From contig CAWBHS010000109.1 in assembly GCA_963788655.1 (NCBI GenBank), positions 1 through 60,138 of the forward strand: a stretch of DNA of 60,138 nucleotides, given 5' to 3'. Numbering within the stretch: the stretch's first letter is position 1; each line of letters starts with the position of its first letter. The notes under the pieces were generated by a model. That model was not told the DNA's origin. It worked only from the letters and a program-made list of their open reading frames with translations, and did not search any database. A program made the translations under genes and the position numbers. The stretch comes from an uncultured Verrucomicrobiae bacterium (lineage in GTDB: Bacteria > Verrucomicrobiota > Verrucomicrobiia > Limisphaerales > JAFGQR01). Shown one piece after another: positions 47,531 through 59,844 of the stretch.

Positions 47531-50500
47531 ACGAGCCTCGAAGCCAGCGAAGACTTGGCCAGCCCCGTGTTGCTGCAGTTCGTGGGGGATTTGTCGCGAG
47601 TGAGCCTGAGCACGAATCAAGATGGCTCCTTGCAGCAGATCGACGGCATGCAAGTGCGTGTGCAGGTGGTGCCCGATACGTACGAATACGACCTGGAATT
47701 CTACATTAACCAGGAGGGCGGTTACGCGGAAACGGCCTTTGTCACCTACACGATTCAAAATCCCAACGGCAGCACCAACAGCAACACCCTCCGAGTCATC
47801 GAGCAGCGCAGCGGCCGGTCCATTACCAACGAGTATGCCTACCTGGGCGACGACACGTGGCAGTTGGTCCAGGGCAACGGGCTGCAAGGTAGCCGCGTGA
47901 CCCGTGATGAAGACGTGAATGAGCAAACCGTGACCTACATCCGCGAGGTGTTTGATCCGGTAACTTCGGAAACCTTGAGCGAGGTCCAGGAACTGTACGG
48001 CACGTTCGATTGGGGGCAGGGACTGCTCTCCTACACGGTCGATCCGGATGGGCTCGACCTGGTGACCACCAACACCTACGACCAGAATGGACGGCTGTCG
48101 CAGAGCGTGCGGCCCGATGGCTCGTGGACCATTTACGCATACGACGCCTCCGGGCGGGTGGAAACCGAGTATTCGGCGTATCTCAATCAAGGCCCCACAT
48201 CCAACGCGCAACTGGGCCGCACCACCACCTACAGCTACACCACGCTCGGATCGCCGGATGTGGCGAGCGTGAACCCCAATTCGCCGCGCGTGATTACCGA
48301 GAGCATTCAAGGCACGCCGGTCCGGCGCACCTTCATGCTGTATCTGCCGGGAGAAACCCGCCAATACCAGGCCGCCAGCGCCAGCGCCGACTGGGACGAC
48401 GCTGACAACCTGGGCACGACCAACCGCTACATTGCCAGCGGCACTGACATCGGGCAGCCGTTGGTGACCGATCATCCGGACGGCACGCGGCAAAGTTACG
48501 TCTATGAATCCACGCCGACCACGCGGACGGTGACCTTCTATTCCGGGCAGGCCGATCCCAACAACGCCAGCAACATCCTCAGCGGGACCAAGACGGTTAC
48601 CACGCAAGGCAGCTACGGGGAAACCCTTTCCACGGTCGTCTATGATTATCCCGGCGGGGCCGTGGTCGATTACCAGGCCAATGCCTTCGACGAACTGGGG
48701 CGGCTGACCAACAGCGTGTATCTGGACAGCACGCAAACCCACGCGACGTACCAGGACTGCTGCAACGTGAGCACGCAAACGGACCGCGAGGGCATCGGCA
48801 CCACGTTCTATTACGACGATTTGCGCCGGCAGGTGGCCGCGGTGCGCAACAACATCAGCCTGACCAACCAGTTACGGTCCCGAACCGAACCGGGTGCTCA
48901 CCTACCGCATCGCGCAAGGGACCAACGCGATCCAGGTTGGCGACGCCACCTACGATCCGGCCGGGCGCCTGCTGTGGCGCTATGACGCCTTGGACCAGCT
49001 TTCCGGCTTGGGAATACGATCACCTGGTCACCGGAGAAAACGTGACCACCCTGACGCGCTACACAAATGAAACCTCCGGCGTGACCACCATCCAGGCGTA
49101 CGCGCGGGACGGTTTCCTGCTGGAGAACAGCGGTTCGGCCGTGCATGGCGTGCGCTACGAGCCGGCGGTGGAAAGCGGCCTGGTCACCCGCAAAGCCATC
49201 CCGCTGGACGCCCAAGGCTCCGATACCGGTGAATGGGTCAAGACCTGGACCGACTTCCTGGGACGCGACTTCAAGACGGAGTACCGGATGGCGGTTACCA
49301 GCAGTCCTTCTTTAACGCGCGCGGGCAGGTGTACAAATCCACGGACCCCGACGGAGTCACCACGCTCTACGCCTACAATGGGCGGGCCGAGTTGGATTAC
49401 ACGGCGCTGAGTGCGGACCGCGGCGACAATATCGACGTGGCCAATGACCGGCTCACGCAAGCGGTGACCGCCGTCGTTACCAACGATGCCGGCTGGGTGG
49501 TGCATCAGACGCGCACCTACGCGTGGCCGACCCTCGGCTCCAGCGTCTCGAACCTCCTGAGCGTCAGCGAGGCTTCCACGGACGGGCGCTTTACGCGCTC
49601 GGTCCAGGGGAACCGAACCAACGACACGTGCAGCGTGACGGACGGGGCGGGCTACCGGTATGTGACCAATGTGGCGCCGGACGGCACCTGGAGTCTGAGC
49701 ACCTACCACAACGGCTGGTTGGCGTCCATGGTGCGCAAGGCCGCCGACGGAGCCCAACTGGCCCAGGTTACCTACGGCTACGATGCCCACGGCCGGCTCA
49801 CCACCATGACCGACGCGCGCACCGGCGCGACCACCTACCAATATGACGACCTGGACCGGGTGACCGCCGTCACCACCCCGCCGCCCGATGGCGTGGCGGG
49901 CGCCCAAACCACGACCAGCGCGTACGATGTCCTGGGCCGGGTGTGGCGGACCGTTTTGCCGGACAGCACCACCGTGACCAATGAATATTACGACACGGGC
50001 GAACTGCAGAGCACCGCCGGCAGCCGCACCTACCCGGTCGAATATTCCTACGATTACGCCGGTCGCATGCAAACCCTGAAAACCTGGCAGAGCGCCGGCG
50101 AGGAACCCACCGCCGCCACGACCACCTGGCACTACGACGGCCTGCGCGGCTGGCTCACCAACAAGACCTACCCTCTGGCCAACGGCCCCGGCTACAAGTA
50201 TTCCAAGGCCGGCCGGCTGCTGAGCCGCGCCTGGGTGCGCACGGTCAGCGGCAGCACCCGGTTGACGGCCAGCTACGTCACCAACACGTTCGGGGAGACC
50301 GCCGAAATCCATTACAACGACAACGGCGCCACGCCCGGCGTGACCAACACCTACGACCGGCTGGGACGGCTGGTGACCATGAGCACCGGGGACAGCCTGT
50401 TGGGCCGCACCTACGACCTGTGGGGCCGGTTGACCAGCGAATCGTTCGACGGGATCACCGTGACCAACGCCTACGACACGTTGGGCCGGCGCACCAATGT

Positions 50501-52471
50501 GACCGTCAATCCCGCGGCGCCCCTGTTCAGCCAGGCGTACGCCTTCAATCCGCAGACCGGCCGGCTGCAAAGCGCGGCGCAGGGTGCGGTCGGCGCCACC
50601 TATTCTTATGTTGCCAACGCGGCGTGGGTTGGGCAGATTGACTTCCAGCACAATGGGCAGACGCAGATGAGCGCGAGCAAGAGCTATGACAACCTCAACC
50701 GGTTGACGCAGGTGGGCTACGCCACGACCGCGCCAGCCACCGTGGCGGCCTTTGGCTACACCTACAACGCAGCCAACCAGCGCACCCAGGTGACGCTCGG
50801 CCCCGACGGTGCGTATTGGGACTACGGCTACGACGAGTTGGGGCAGGTGACCTCCGGCAAGAAGTCCTGGAGCGACGGGACGCCGGTGGCGGGCCAGCAG
50901 TTCGAGTATGGGTTTGACGACATTGGCAACCGGCGGTGGACCCGGGCCGGGGGCGACGCCGCGGGGGCCAACCTGCGGGTGGCCAATTACACGAACAACC
51001 TCAACAACCAGCTCGTGGGGCGGGACGTGCCGGGCACCAACGACGTGATCGGGATCGCGCACGCCAGCGCAACGGTCACGGTGAACGGGGCGGCGGTGTC
51101 GCGGAAGGGGGAATACTTCTGGAAGGAAGTGCCGGTGGGCAACACGGCCGGACCGGCGTATGCCGGGGTGACCAACCAGGCGGTGTTCCAGGGAACGACG
51201 AACACGGTGGAAGGGCATTTGCTGGTCGCCGCCACGCCGCAAACCGTCTATTACGACAACGACGGGAACGTGGTCTATGACGGGTTGTGGGCGCGGCAGC
51301 GGGACGGGGAGAACCGGGTGAAGCTGGTCATGGCCAATCCGTTCCTGCCGGGTGCGGCCCGCGCGCAGGTGGTCTGGAGCTATTATCCCGACGGGCGATG
51401 GCAGCAGCGGGTCGAGTACCGGTGGGAGAACAACAACTGGGTGGCCCAATCGACCAACCGGTTTTTGTGGGACGGGCAGCAACTGCTGGCGGTGCTGGAT
51501 CACACGAACGGCCTGGCGCTGTCGTTCCTGCGCGGCCTGGACCTGAGCGGGACGCCGACCGGGGGCGGCGGCACGGGCGGACTGCTCGCCTTGACCGTCT
51601 CGTCAGGCGGGCAGAGCACTGAGTACTTTTACTGTTCGGACGGCAACGGGAACGTCACGGCGCTGGTAGACGCGAGCACTGGCAAGGTGGCCGCCCGTTA
51701 CGAATACGGCCCCTTCGGGGAAGCGGTGCGTGTCAGCGGGGAAGTGGCGGCGACGAATCCGCTGCGGTTCAGCAGCCAATACACGGACGGGCTGACCGGG
51801 GAGGTGAAGTATCTATACCGCGTCTATTGGCCGGAATGGGGGCGGTGGCTGAGCCGCGATCCAGTCGGGGAACGCGGAGGGAAGAATATCTATGGATTCG
51901 TAAACAATAACCCGATTTCTCGAGCAGACCGTTTGGGGCTGCAGTGGTGGGCCCTCCTGGTTCAGGACTTCCTTCATGGGGCAAGGCCCCCGGTTGTTGC
52001 AAGGATAAGTGCGAGCTTGGAGAAATAAAACTCCATCACGTTCACGTTAAGCTTACCGTGCCTCCACAAACTCCAGCCGAAGATGAAAAGGCGGACATTG
52101 CGGTAGAAGCACTCGAAAACGCTGGAGATGCCTTCGACTGGATTGGGCATCCGATTGAAGTTCTAGTATCAAAACTGACAGACTTTGCGGATGTTGATCA
52201 GTTGTATAAACAAGCAAAATATTCTCTTCTTAAACACCGAGCACGGCTTTGGACAAAGCTGGAATACAGCAAGTGTGAGAAGCGGTCATGCGGCATAATC
52301 TTTTGGGTAAAACGCAACAACTGGCAAAAGTATCCGCTAACCGATTGGGTTGAGTGTGACATCGGCATTAACAAAGAATTCGGTGCCGGCTGGTATTGGG
52401 GAAAGGATGATGCACTTTCAAACCTACCTGCTTGCATTCAAGCCCACATGAAAGCGGAGTTCGGAGAATGA
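47529..52471 (+). CDS. Orphan Rhs module 2 (5'-truncated duplicate core plus new tip CT2 51942-52471); frameshifts
   Basis: Starts mid-gene relative to Rhs1; core ends GRWLSRDPVGE...DRLGL; tip in ORF 51944..52471. Confidence 0.85.
47544..51862 (+). repeat. Rhs core direct repeat, copy 2
   Basis: See copy 1; similarity stops at WLSRDP. Confidence 0.95.
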
Positions 52472-52944
52472 AAACACTGGATTATATACTAGCAGTGTCG
52501 TTGTTAGTGTTGTGCTCATGTGATAAAAAAGGGGCATCAGAAAAGGCAACTGAACATTTTCTCAAGTTCGAAGTGGTGTATCAGAGCGAGGATGTCCGTG
52601 AAGCAGAAAAGGCGTTGCTCGAATATAGGCAAGATACAATTGATGCGCGGCAGCAAGGCAGAAAGGGTATCGACTTTGAGCAAGCGCTTGCTATTGCTGA
52701 TGCACGGTTATTTCTTGTTTATGAAACGATTGGGGATACCAACAAGTCGGAGAGGTTTTTTCGAAATAGCGTCGAGGCGTTCAAGCGATCTGCGGCCAGT
52801 AAAGGCCATGAACCTCCAGAGTTTAACCATGCTAAATTGCGTGCTCTCATTGATAAATTCGACCAAGGCTTGGAGGTGAAATGGAAACGGCCCCATGACC
52901 AACTAAATGGAACTGACACAGTGCCCCCCCGAACAGGTGAGTAA
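52468..52944 (+). CDS. Helical lipoprotein, candidate immunity protein for CT2
   Basis: MKTLDYILAVSLLVLCSC lipobox; ATGA overlap with the CT2 stop; AT-richer. Confidence 0.78.
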   Translation: MKTLDYILAVSLLVLCSCDKKGASEKATEHFLKFEVVYQSEDVREAEKALLEYRQDTIDARQQGRKGIDFEQALAIADARLFLVYETIGDTNKSERFFRNSVEAFKRSAASKGHEPPEFNHAKLRALIDKFDQGLEVKWKRPHDQLNGTDTVPPRTGE

Positions 52945-53099
52945 AGAGCCTCAGCGCCGCTCAGGCCGCGGCGGGAGAAGTCGGCCACCCGCGCCTGTGC
53001 CACAGCCCTCGCGCTCCCTCCTGCCGCTAACGCTAATAAAGTGACAGGTTCAAAGTTATTGACAGCGTTTCTGGGTTTCTGGCACGCTCCTACGCACTT

Positions 53100-56000
53100 A
53101 TGAGAATGGCGCGCTCTCAAGGGTGCGGCCAGGTGCTGCTCGAATTCAAGCAAGGGGAAACGAACTGGACGCGGTACGGCAGAGTGGGCTTTCTCAATGG
53201 ACGCGACAGTTACGGTGACTACTACATCTACCGTACGGACCAGCTCACCGTCGCGGCTTACACTAATTTCGTACAACCCACCGAAATCGACTGCACGGAA
53301 GACCTTACCAAGACCACGACGACGCAATGGCCGACCAGTGGCTATCCCACCAACCTGTATGGGGGATTTAGTACCGACCAACGCTTACTTTGGCTGCATG
53401 AATGCGGTTCCCGGTGAATCCACAAGCGGGACGCTCACGCGCACTCAGATTATCAACAACAACTCCAACCAATGTTCTTACGTGTGGGCTGACGGGAGTT
53501 GGGCACTGGTGGATACTAACTGTGCTTTGCAGGGCTATTATTGCGATTGCTTGGCCTTAAGTGGCACGATCGAGGTTACCACCAATAACACGCTGAATAC
53601 GTGGACATTCACCATAACGGGTTGCCAAGAATTTGAGGATAACACCAATTGGTATGTCGAAGGGTACAGCACCGTAAGCAATTCACTCTCCAATCCGTTC
53701 ACCCGAGAGGACTTGGTGGATTTCCTGTCCGGCGAAGCTGACAACCAATTGAACAGTGCGAATTGGACTTGCAGCGGGGATGGTTACTTTTCGCTCAGCA
53801 AATGGGCGACTTGCGGTACCCTGCGCAAATCCACCTTTCAACTCAAATGCATGGGGCCGCGTGACGTCGTGCAAGAGGTCAAGCTGGAGATCGTGTATTC
53901 GATTGCTTATCGCGCGGAAGGCAGTTACGACGATTATTTGGTGCAGTGTACCAATACAATCAGCACGAACATCACCTACAGCGGAGGCGTGGATATTCTC
54001 AGCTCCCCGGATTTCGTGCTCGATCCGCTATCGCCGCCGTATTCGCCCACGAACAACGCGGTTATCCGCAGTTGCAGCGTTTCCCTCCGCATGATCAGTC
54101 CCGAAACCGGAGGCTGCACGGGGGGAGGCGGCTTTGCTTCCAAGCAGGTCGAATTGATCCAGGGGCCGTTTGCCTCCTTCGGCCTGGGCGATTGTGGAGG
54201 CACGGACGCCGCAGGTTTCCTGTTCCTTCAGGGCCGCAATCCCGATCCCACCCTGGCCACTCCGGCGGGACTGGATATCTTTGCCAACATGTGCAAAGTG
54301 GAAGTGGTGGGCAATCCCATCCAACAGGTCGTGGTGCGCGATCACGGGATCGTGGAAGTATCGACCAACGGCGTTACCGATGGGTACGCAATGCGTTTCT
54401 ATTCAGCCTTCACGACCAACGGGACGGCGTACGAGCCGGTCAGTGAATCCCTCCTGGAGGAATACACGGTGAGCCTCCAGAGCACGAATCCGTTTCGACT
54501 TCGCATCACGGGCAGTTACCACGAATTCCTGTACAGCAATGACTGGTGGTATTTGGATTATGGGGACGGCTACTGGGCGGAAGCGTGCAAAGTCGATACC
54601 GACGAGAATGGCAAGGTCACGACCAACCAAAGCCGCACTCTTGGCCCAGGGGGCGAGCTGATTTACACGCAGGTATCCTCCTATACCAATCTGCCGCCGG
54701 ACAGCAAGCAATTGCTGCAGAGCACCACCATCGGGGACGGCAATGACGCCCTAACCAGCCTCTGGTTTTACAACACCGAGGTGCCCACCAACGACATCAA
54801 TTACGGCAAGCTGATCAAGCAGATCGATGGCTACGGCGGTTGGGAACGTTATGAGTACGACACTAACAGCGGGCAGAAGACCACAACCATTACCGGCTAC
54901 GCCAACTCGAGTTCCAACGAAGCGCAGTAACGACAACGCCCGCTCCTTTGTTTACAGCTACACTCCCTTCCATACCAATGATGACGGCTCCTTGGACCCG
55001 GAGACGCCGCGGCTAACCTACGAATGGGTCAGCGCGCATCTGGTGGGGCTGCGGGGAGTCGCCCTGTGGGCGGACAACCGGCTGGACATCCAATACGCCT
55101 CGGGCAATGTGAGCAATCCGACCAATTACACCGCCTCGGGCAACCTCATCACCTGGACCACCCAATTGACCGTGACCAACGGCACCGGCACCCGGATCGT
55201 GTCCCCGGACGGAACGGTGTCGTTCTCCTACAGCCTGACCAATGCGGCGGGCACTTACCTGACCAACCTGACCTTCCGCGGCGCGCCGGATGATCCGGCG
55301 GACCCGCAGACCGTCACCAACGGCACCCAGACCCTGGCCATTTCCACCATCGCGGATGGCCACACGCAACTGCAGGCCAGCTTTGATCTCAGTTCGGGCA
55401 TCCTCACCGACCTGCAAAATTACACCTACTTCGACGATCACACTTACGAGATCACCCGTATGGACGGCACCACCGAAGCCTACACCAACAGCACCTGTTG
55501 CGGCACTGGCGCGTACGTGGATCGCGACGGGGTGGTGACCGCGTACGGCTACGATGCGCGTCACCGGTTGATCACCACCACCCGGTTGGGCATCACCACC
55601 TCCAACGTCCTGGACGCGGCGGGCAACGTGCTCGAAACTTGGCGCTATCCCACCCAGGGCGATCCGGTGCGCCTGAGCGCCGCCACCTACGACACGGCTG
55701 GCCGGCTGATCACCTCCACCGACGCGCTGGGTTACACCACCACCAACAGTTACGCCTTTGACCAGAACGGCCGTTTCGTCACCCGCACCGATTACCCCAA
55801 TGGCTCGTATCGGGAGGAATACCGCAATCGTGAAGGCACCACCGACCGCATCGTGGGCACGGCGGTCTTTCCGGTGCGCTACGTCTATGAAGGCTGTTAC
55901 GGGCCTTATTATACCCGGGAAATCAAGCTCGATGCCAACGGCAACGACACCCTGGAACGGACTATTACCTATCCCGACTTCTTCGGGCGCAATTACCTGA

Positions 56001-59000
56001 TCGCCTACAACGACGGCGCCCAGCAGCAAAGTGATTACGACACCGCCACCGGCCAACTGGTCAAGGAGGTGGACCCCGACGGCGTGACCACGCTTTACGA
56101 ATACAACGTGCGGGGCGAAGTGGAAGCCACGGGGACCGACCTCGACGGCAATGGCACGCTCACCAGCGCGGTGGACCGGCGCACCCGCACCGTCACCGAT
56201 TACTGGGCCAAGCCCGGCGCCGACAATGTCCGGCGCACCCGCACCTTCGTGTGGACCGATGCCGGCAGCGAATTGTGCGTGGCCACCAACGAAGTGTCGG
56301 TCACCGGCACCAACACCTGGTACAGCAGCTTTGGCCGCACCACCCAGACCCAAACCCATTACGGGGCCAACGGCGCGCGCACCGTCACCACCACCGCGCC
56401 GGACGGCTCCTATACCGTCCAAACCTATCTGGACGGGCAACTCCAGTCCGTGGCCCGTTACACCGCCGGCGGCCAGGAACAAATCGCCGGCACGAGCTAC
56501 AGTTACGACGCGCACGGCCGGCAAGCCACGGTGACCGACACCGCGACCAGCCGGGTGACGACCTTTTACTACAACGCCGCCGACCAGGTGGTGACCAACG
56601 TGGTGAGCGCCACTGGTCTGGCCGACCAGGTCACGGTGTATGCCTACGACGCCCTGGGCCGGCTGACCAACACGGTGTTGCCCGATGCCACCAGTGTGAG
56701 CCAGGAATACTTCGCCAACGGCTTGCTCCAGCAAACCCACGGCAGCCGGACGTATCCGGTGGCCTACACCTACGACGCGCAGGGGCGGATGCAGACGATG
56801 ACCACCTGGCAGGACTATGCGGCGAGCAGCGGCGCGGCGACCACCACCTGGACCTACGATGGTTACCGGGGCTTCCTGACCAACAAGGCCTACACCGACG
56901 GCAACGGGGTGGCGTACACCTACACCGACGGCGGGCGGCTGAAGACCCGGGCGTGGGCGCGGGGCAATCCGCGGCTGCTGACCACCTACACCTACGGCTT
57001 TGACGATGCGGTGAACAACAACGATTACGGGGACCTGGTGGGCGTGAGCTACAGCAACGACCCGCAGAGCACGCCGGCCATCACCTACGGCTACGACCGG
57101 CAGGGCAGGCAAACCAGCGCCAGCCAGGGCGGCACGACCGTCAACCGGGTGTACGGCGACGCCGGGAACTTGATCGCCGAGTCGTATTCCGGCGGCCCGC
57201 TCGACGGGCTGATGGTGAGCAACGCCTACGATGGCTTGCTGCGGCGCCAGCAGTTGACCCTCAACGCGCAGCCCTCAACCCTCGGCTATGCGTTCACTTA
57301 TGACGGGGCTTCGCGGTTGCTGAGCGCTTCGGACGGCACGCATTCGGCGACGTACGATTACTTGACGGGCTCCTCCTTGGTGGAGCACATTTACTTCACC
57401 AACAACACCACGCGGGTGATGACGACGAGCAAAAGTTACGACGGTTTGAACCGGTTGACGCGGATTGGGTCCGCGGACGGGCAAGGCGCGACGTTAAGCT
57501 CGTTCGGCTACGCGCTGAACACGGCCAATCAGCGCACGAGCGTGACGAACGCGGACAGCAGTTATTGGGTGTATGGCTACGACGAACTGGGGCAGGTGGT
57601 TTCGGGCAAGAAATATTGGAGTGACGGCACGCCGGTGGCCGGCCAACAGTTCGAATACGGCTTTGACGACATCGGCAACCGGGAGTGGACCAAGGCGGGC
57701 GGCGACAACAACGGCTCGAACCTGCGAACGGCCGATTACGACAACAACCTCTTGAACCAGATCACCAGCCGGGAGGTGCCGGGCTACGTGGACATCATCG
57801 GCACGGCCACGAACACGGCGATCGTGACCGCCAACCTGACGGCGAGCCAGCGCAAAGGGGATTACTTCCGCATCGAGGTGCCGCTGACCAACTCCAGCGG
57901 ACCAGCGTACGCCACGATTGAAACCGTGGGAGTGATTTCGGGCGGGGGCGGCACCAACGTGGACATCGTGACCACCAACACGGGCAATCTCCTCTTGCCC
58001 GCTGCGGCGGAAGGGCTTTATTACGATGCGGACGGCAACCTGACTGGCGACAGCCTGTGGACCAACACCTGGAACGGGGAGAATCGGCTGGTGGCGACCG
58101 AGAGTGCCAATGGAGTTCCAACCGAAGGCAAGAAACGAGAAACGTGGACTTACTTGCCCGATGGCCGGTGGATCGAGCGCGTGGTGTCCAAGTGGGAATC
58201 AGGGGACTACGTACCCGAAGCCACCAACCGCTTTGTGTGGGATGGGCAAGTGCTGCTGGCTATTCTGGATCACACCAATGGTTTGGTCGCTGGCTTCATG
58301 CGCGGCGTCGATTTGAGCGGCACGCTGCAAGGGGCCGGTGGCGTGGGAGGATTGCTGGCGATCACGACTGCGACCAACGGAACGCACTTCTATTGTCATG
58401 ACGGCAATGGGAACGTAACGGCGCTGGTGGACGCTGATGACGGGAGCGTATCGGCCCTTTACGAATACGATCCGTTCGGCAATGAACTGCGGGCGACGGG
58501 ACTGATGGCCAAAGAGAATCCTATGCGATTCAGCAGCCAATACAAAGATGACGTGACAGGCGACTCGAAATATCTGTTCCGTGAATATCGGCCAAGTATT
58601 GGCCGCTGGCCAAACAGAGACCCCATCGGGGAAAAGGCGTCCAATCTGCATTGTTTTGTGGGCAATGAACCAATTTCAGCTTTCGACATTCTTGGATTGG
58701 TTTTAATTAGACAAGGCGACAAGCTGAAGCTTGTGAAAAATGGTATGGAAATCGGTACGTTAACGGTCAAAGAATACGTCTTGAAAAGCTGGGTTTCCTC
58801 ATTTGGAGCGATACTTAAGCTTGATGTCGATATTAAAGACAAGTCGAACTGCCGTTTCCTGCGCTGGCGTCAGCGTTTGACCTTCACAGACCAGAAAGGC
58901 CGCTTTCAACCGAATAGCAATGGCATTACTGCAAACAACTTGCTTGATCCCACTCCCAATGATGACGATAAGGAATGGTATTATGCAAATAAACAACGCA

Positions 59001-59242
59001 TCGGTTCCAAGGATGGCCTTTCGGATCCATTTTCTGACAGTCCGACCATATTTCGCAACCGTTTTTATTCCGCCCCTGATGCACCGATTAAACTGTTGAA
59101 ATTGAAATTCCTATACAGATTAGAACTTGTTGAGGTGTTCACTCTGGACCAAAAGAACCGAGGAACCGTAATTCAGGTGATAGAATGGGGTTTTGAATCA
59201 GATGCCTTGGGACGCGATCAATTGCTTGAAAGGAAAGAATGA
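53100..59242 (+). CDS. Rhs/YD-repeat protein 3 (divergent paralog, tip CT3 58700-59242); start uncertain, frameshifts near 53370 and 54920
   Basis: ORFs 53100..53417, 53197..54930 and 54827..59242; YEYDPFG, GRWPNRDPIGE, DILGL. Confidence 0.87.
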
Positions 59243-59749
59243 GAATACTTCTTATAGTTTGTAGCCTCTTGGCGCTGAATGGATGTGTCCATAAGCTCCA
59301 AAACAACGAAGCTCAAGATACGGGTGAATCTGTACCGAGGATTGCAACTTCGAATTTGGACCGATAGAACAATTTTCTCCAATGATGATCCCATTTGGAT
59401 AAAACTCAGTTTTAAGAATACTTCATCACAGGAAGTGGCATTTTGGCAGAGTGGCTTTTGGCCAAACACTCGGATTGAAGTTTATGACTTCAAAATGAAG
59501 CCGGTGGCCCAGACTTTGGAGGGAAAAGAAAAACTGAAGATGTTTGCTCCTGGTGGGGAGCGCAATAAAAACTTCGAGGTTAAATTGCGTTCTGGCGACA
59601 TTTACGAGTTAGATCCAATAGAAATAAGAACGCTTTTCGAATTGAAACCTAATCATGCTTATTTTGTTGTTGCTTGCTACGAAGAACACCAAATGGATGG
59701 GTGGAATGGGAGACTAGTGAGCAACAAACTCCGAGTGCAGACAAGGTAG
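59239..59749 (+). CDS. Lipoprotein with Ig-like beta domain, candidate immunity protein for CT3; frameshift near 59335
   Basis: Own translation MRILLIVCSLLALNGC (lipobox) from an ATG overlapping the Rhs3 stop; body in ORF 59279..59749. Confidence 0.75.
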
Positions 59750-59750
59750 C

Positions 59751-59802
59751 AATACAACGTGCGGGGCGAGGTGGAAGCCACAGGTGATGAACTCGGCGAG
59801 AA
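59751..59802 (+). pseudogene. Short relic of an Rhs3-like core
   Basis: 59751-59781 matches 56100-56130 at 30 of 31 nt; similarity then fades (GDELGEN versus GTDLDGN). Confidence 0.75.
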
Positions 59803-59844
59803 CTTCACACGCCAACCAATGCACAAGACATGCCGAGAAAATGA

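Noticed and set aside
43313..57112. Long antisense ORFs (43313..45268, 49155..51503, 55013..57112)
   Set aside because: Shadows of GC-rich Rhs coding strands; no recognisable motifs.
56100..59802. DGR template/variable repeat pair
   Set aside because: The match is short, mismatches are not confined to adenines, and no reverse transcriptase is present.
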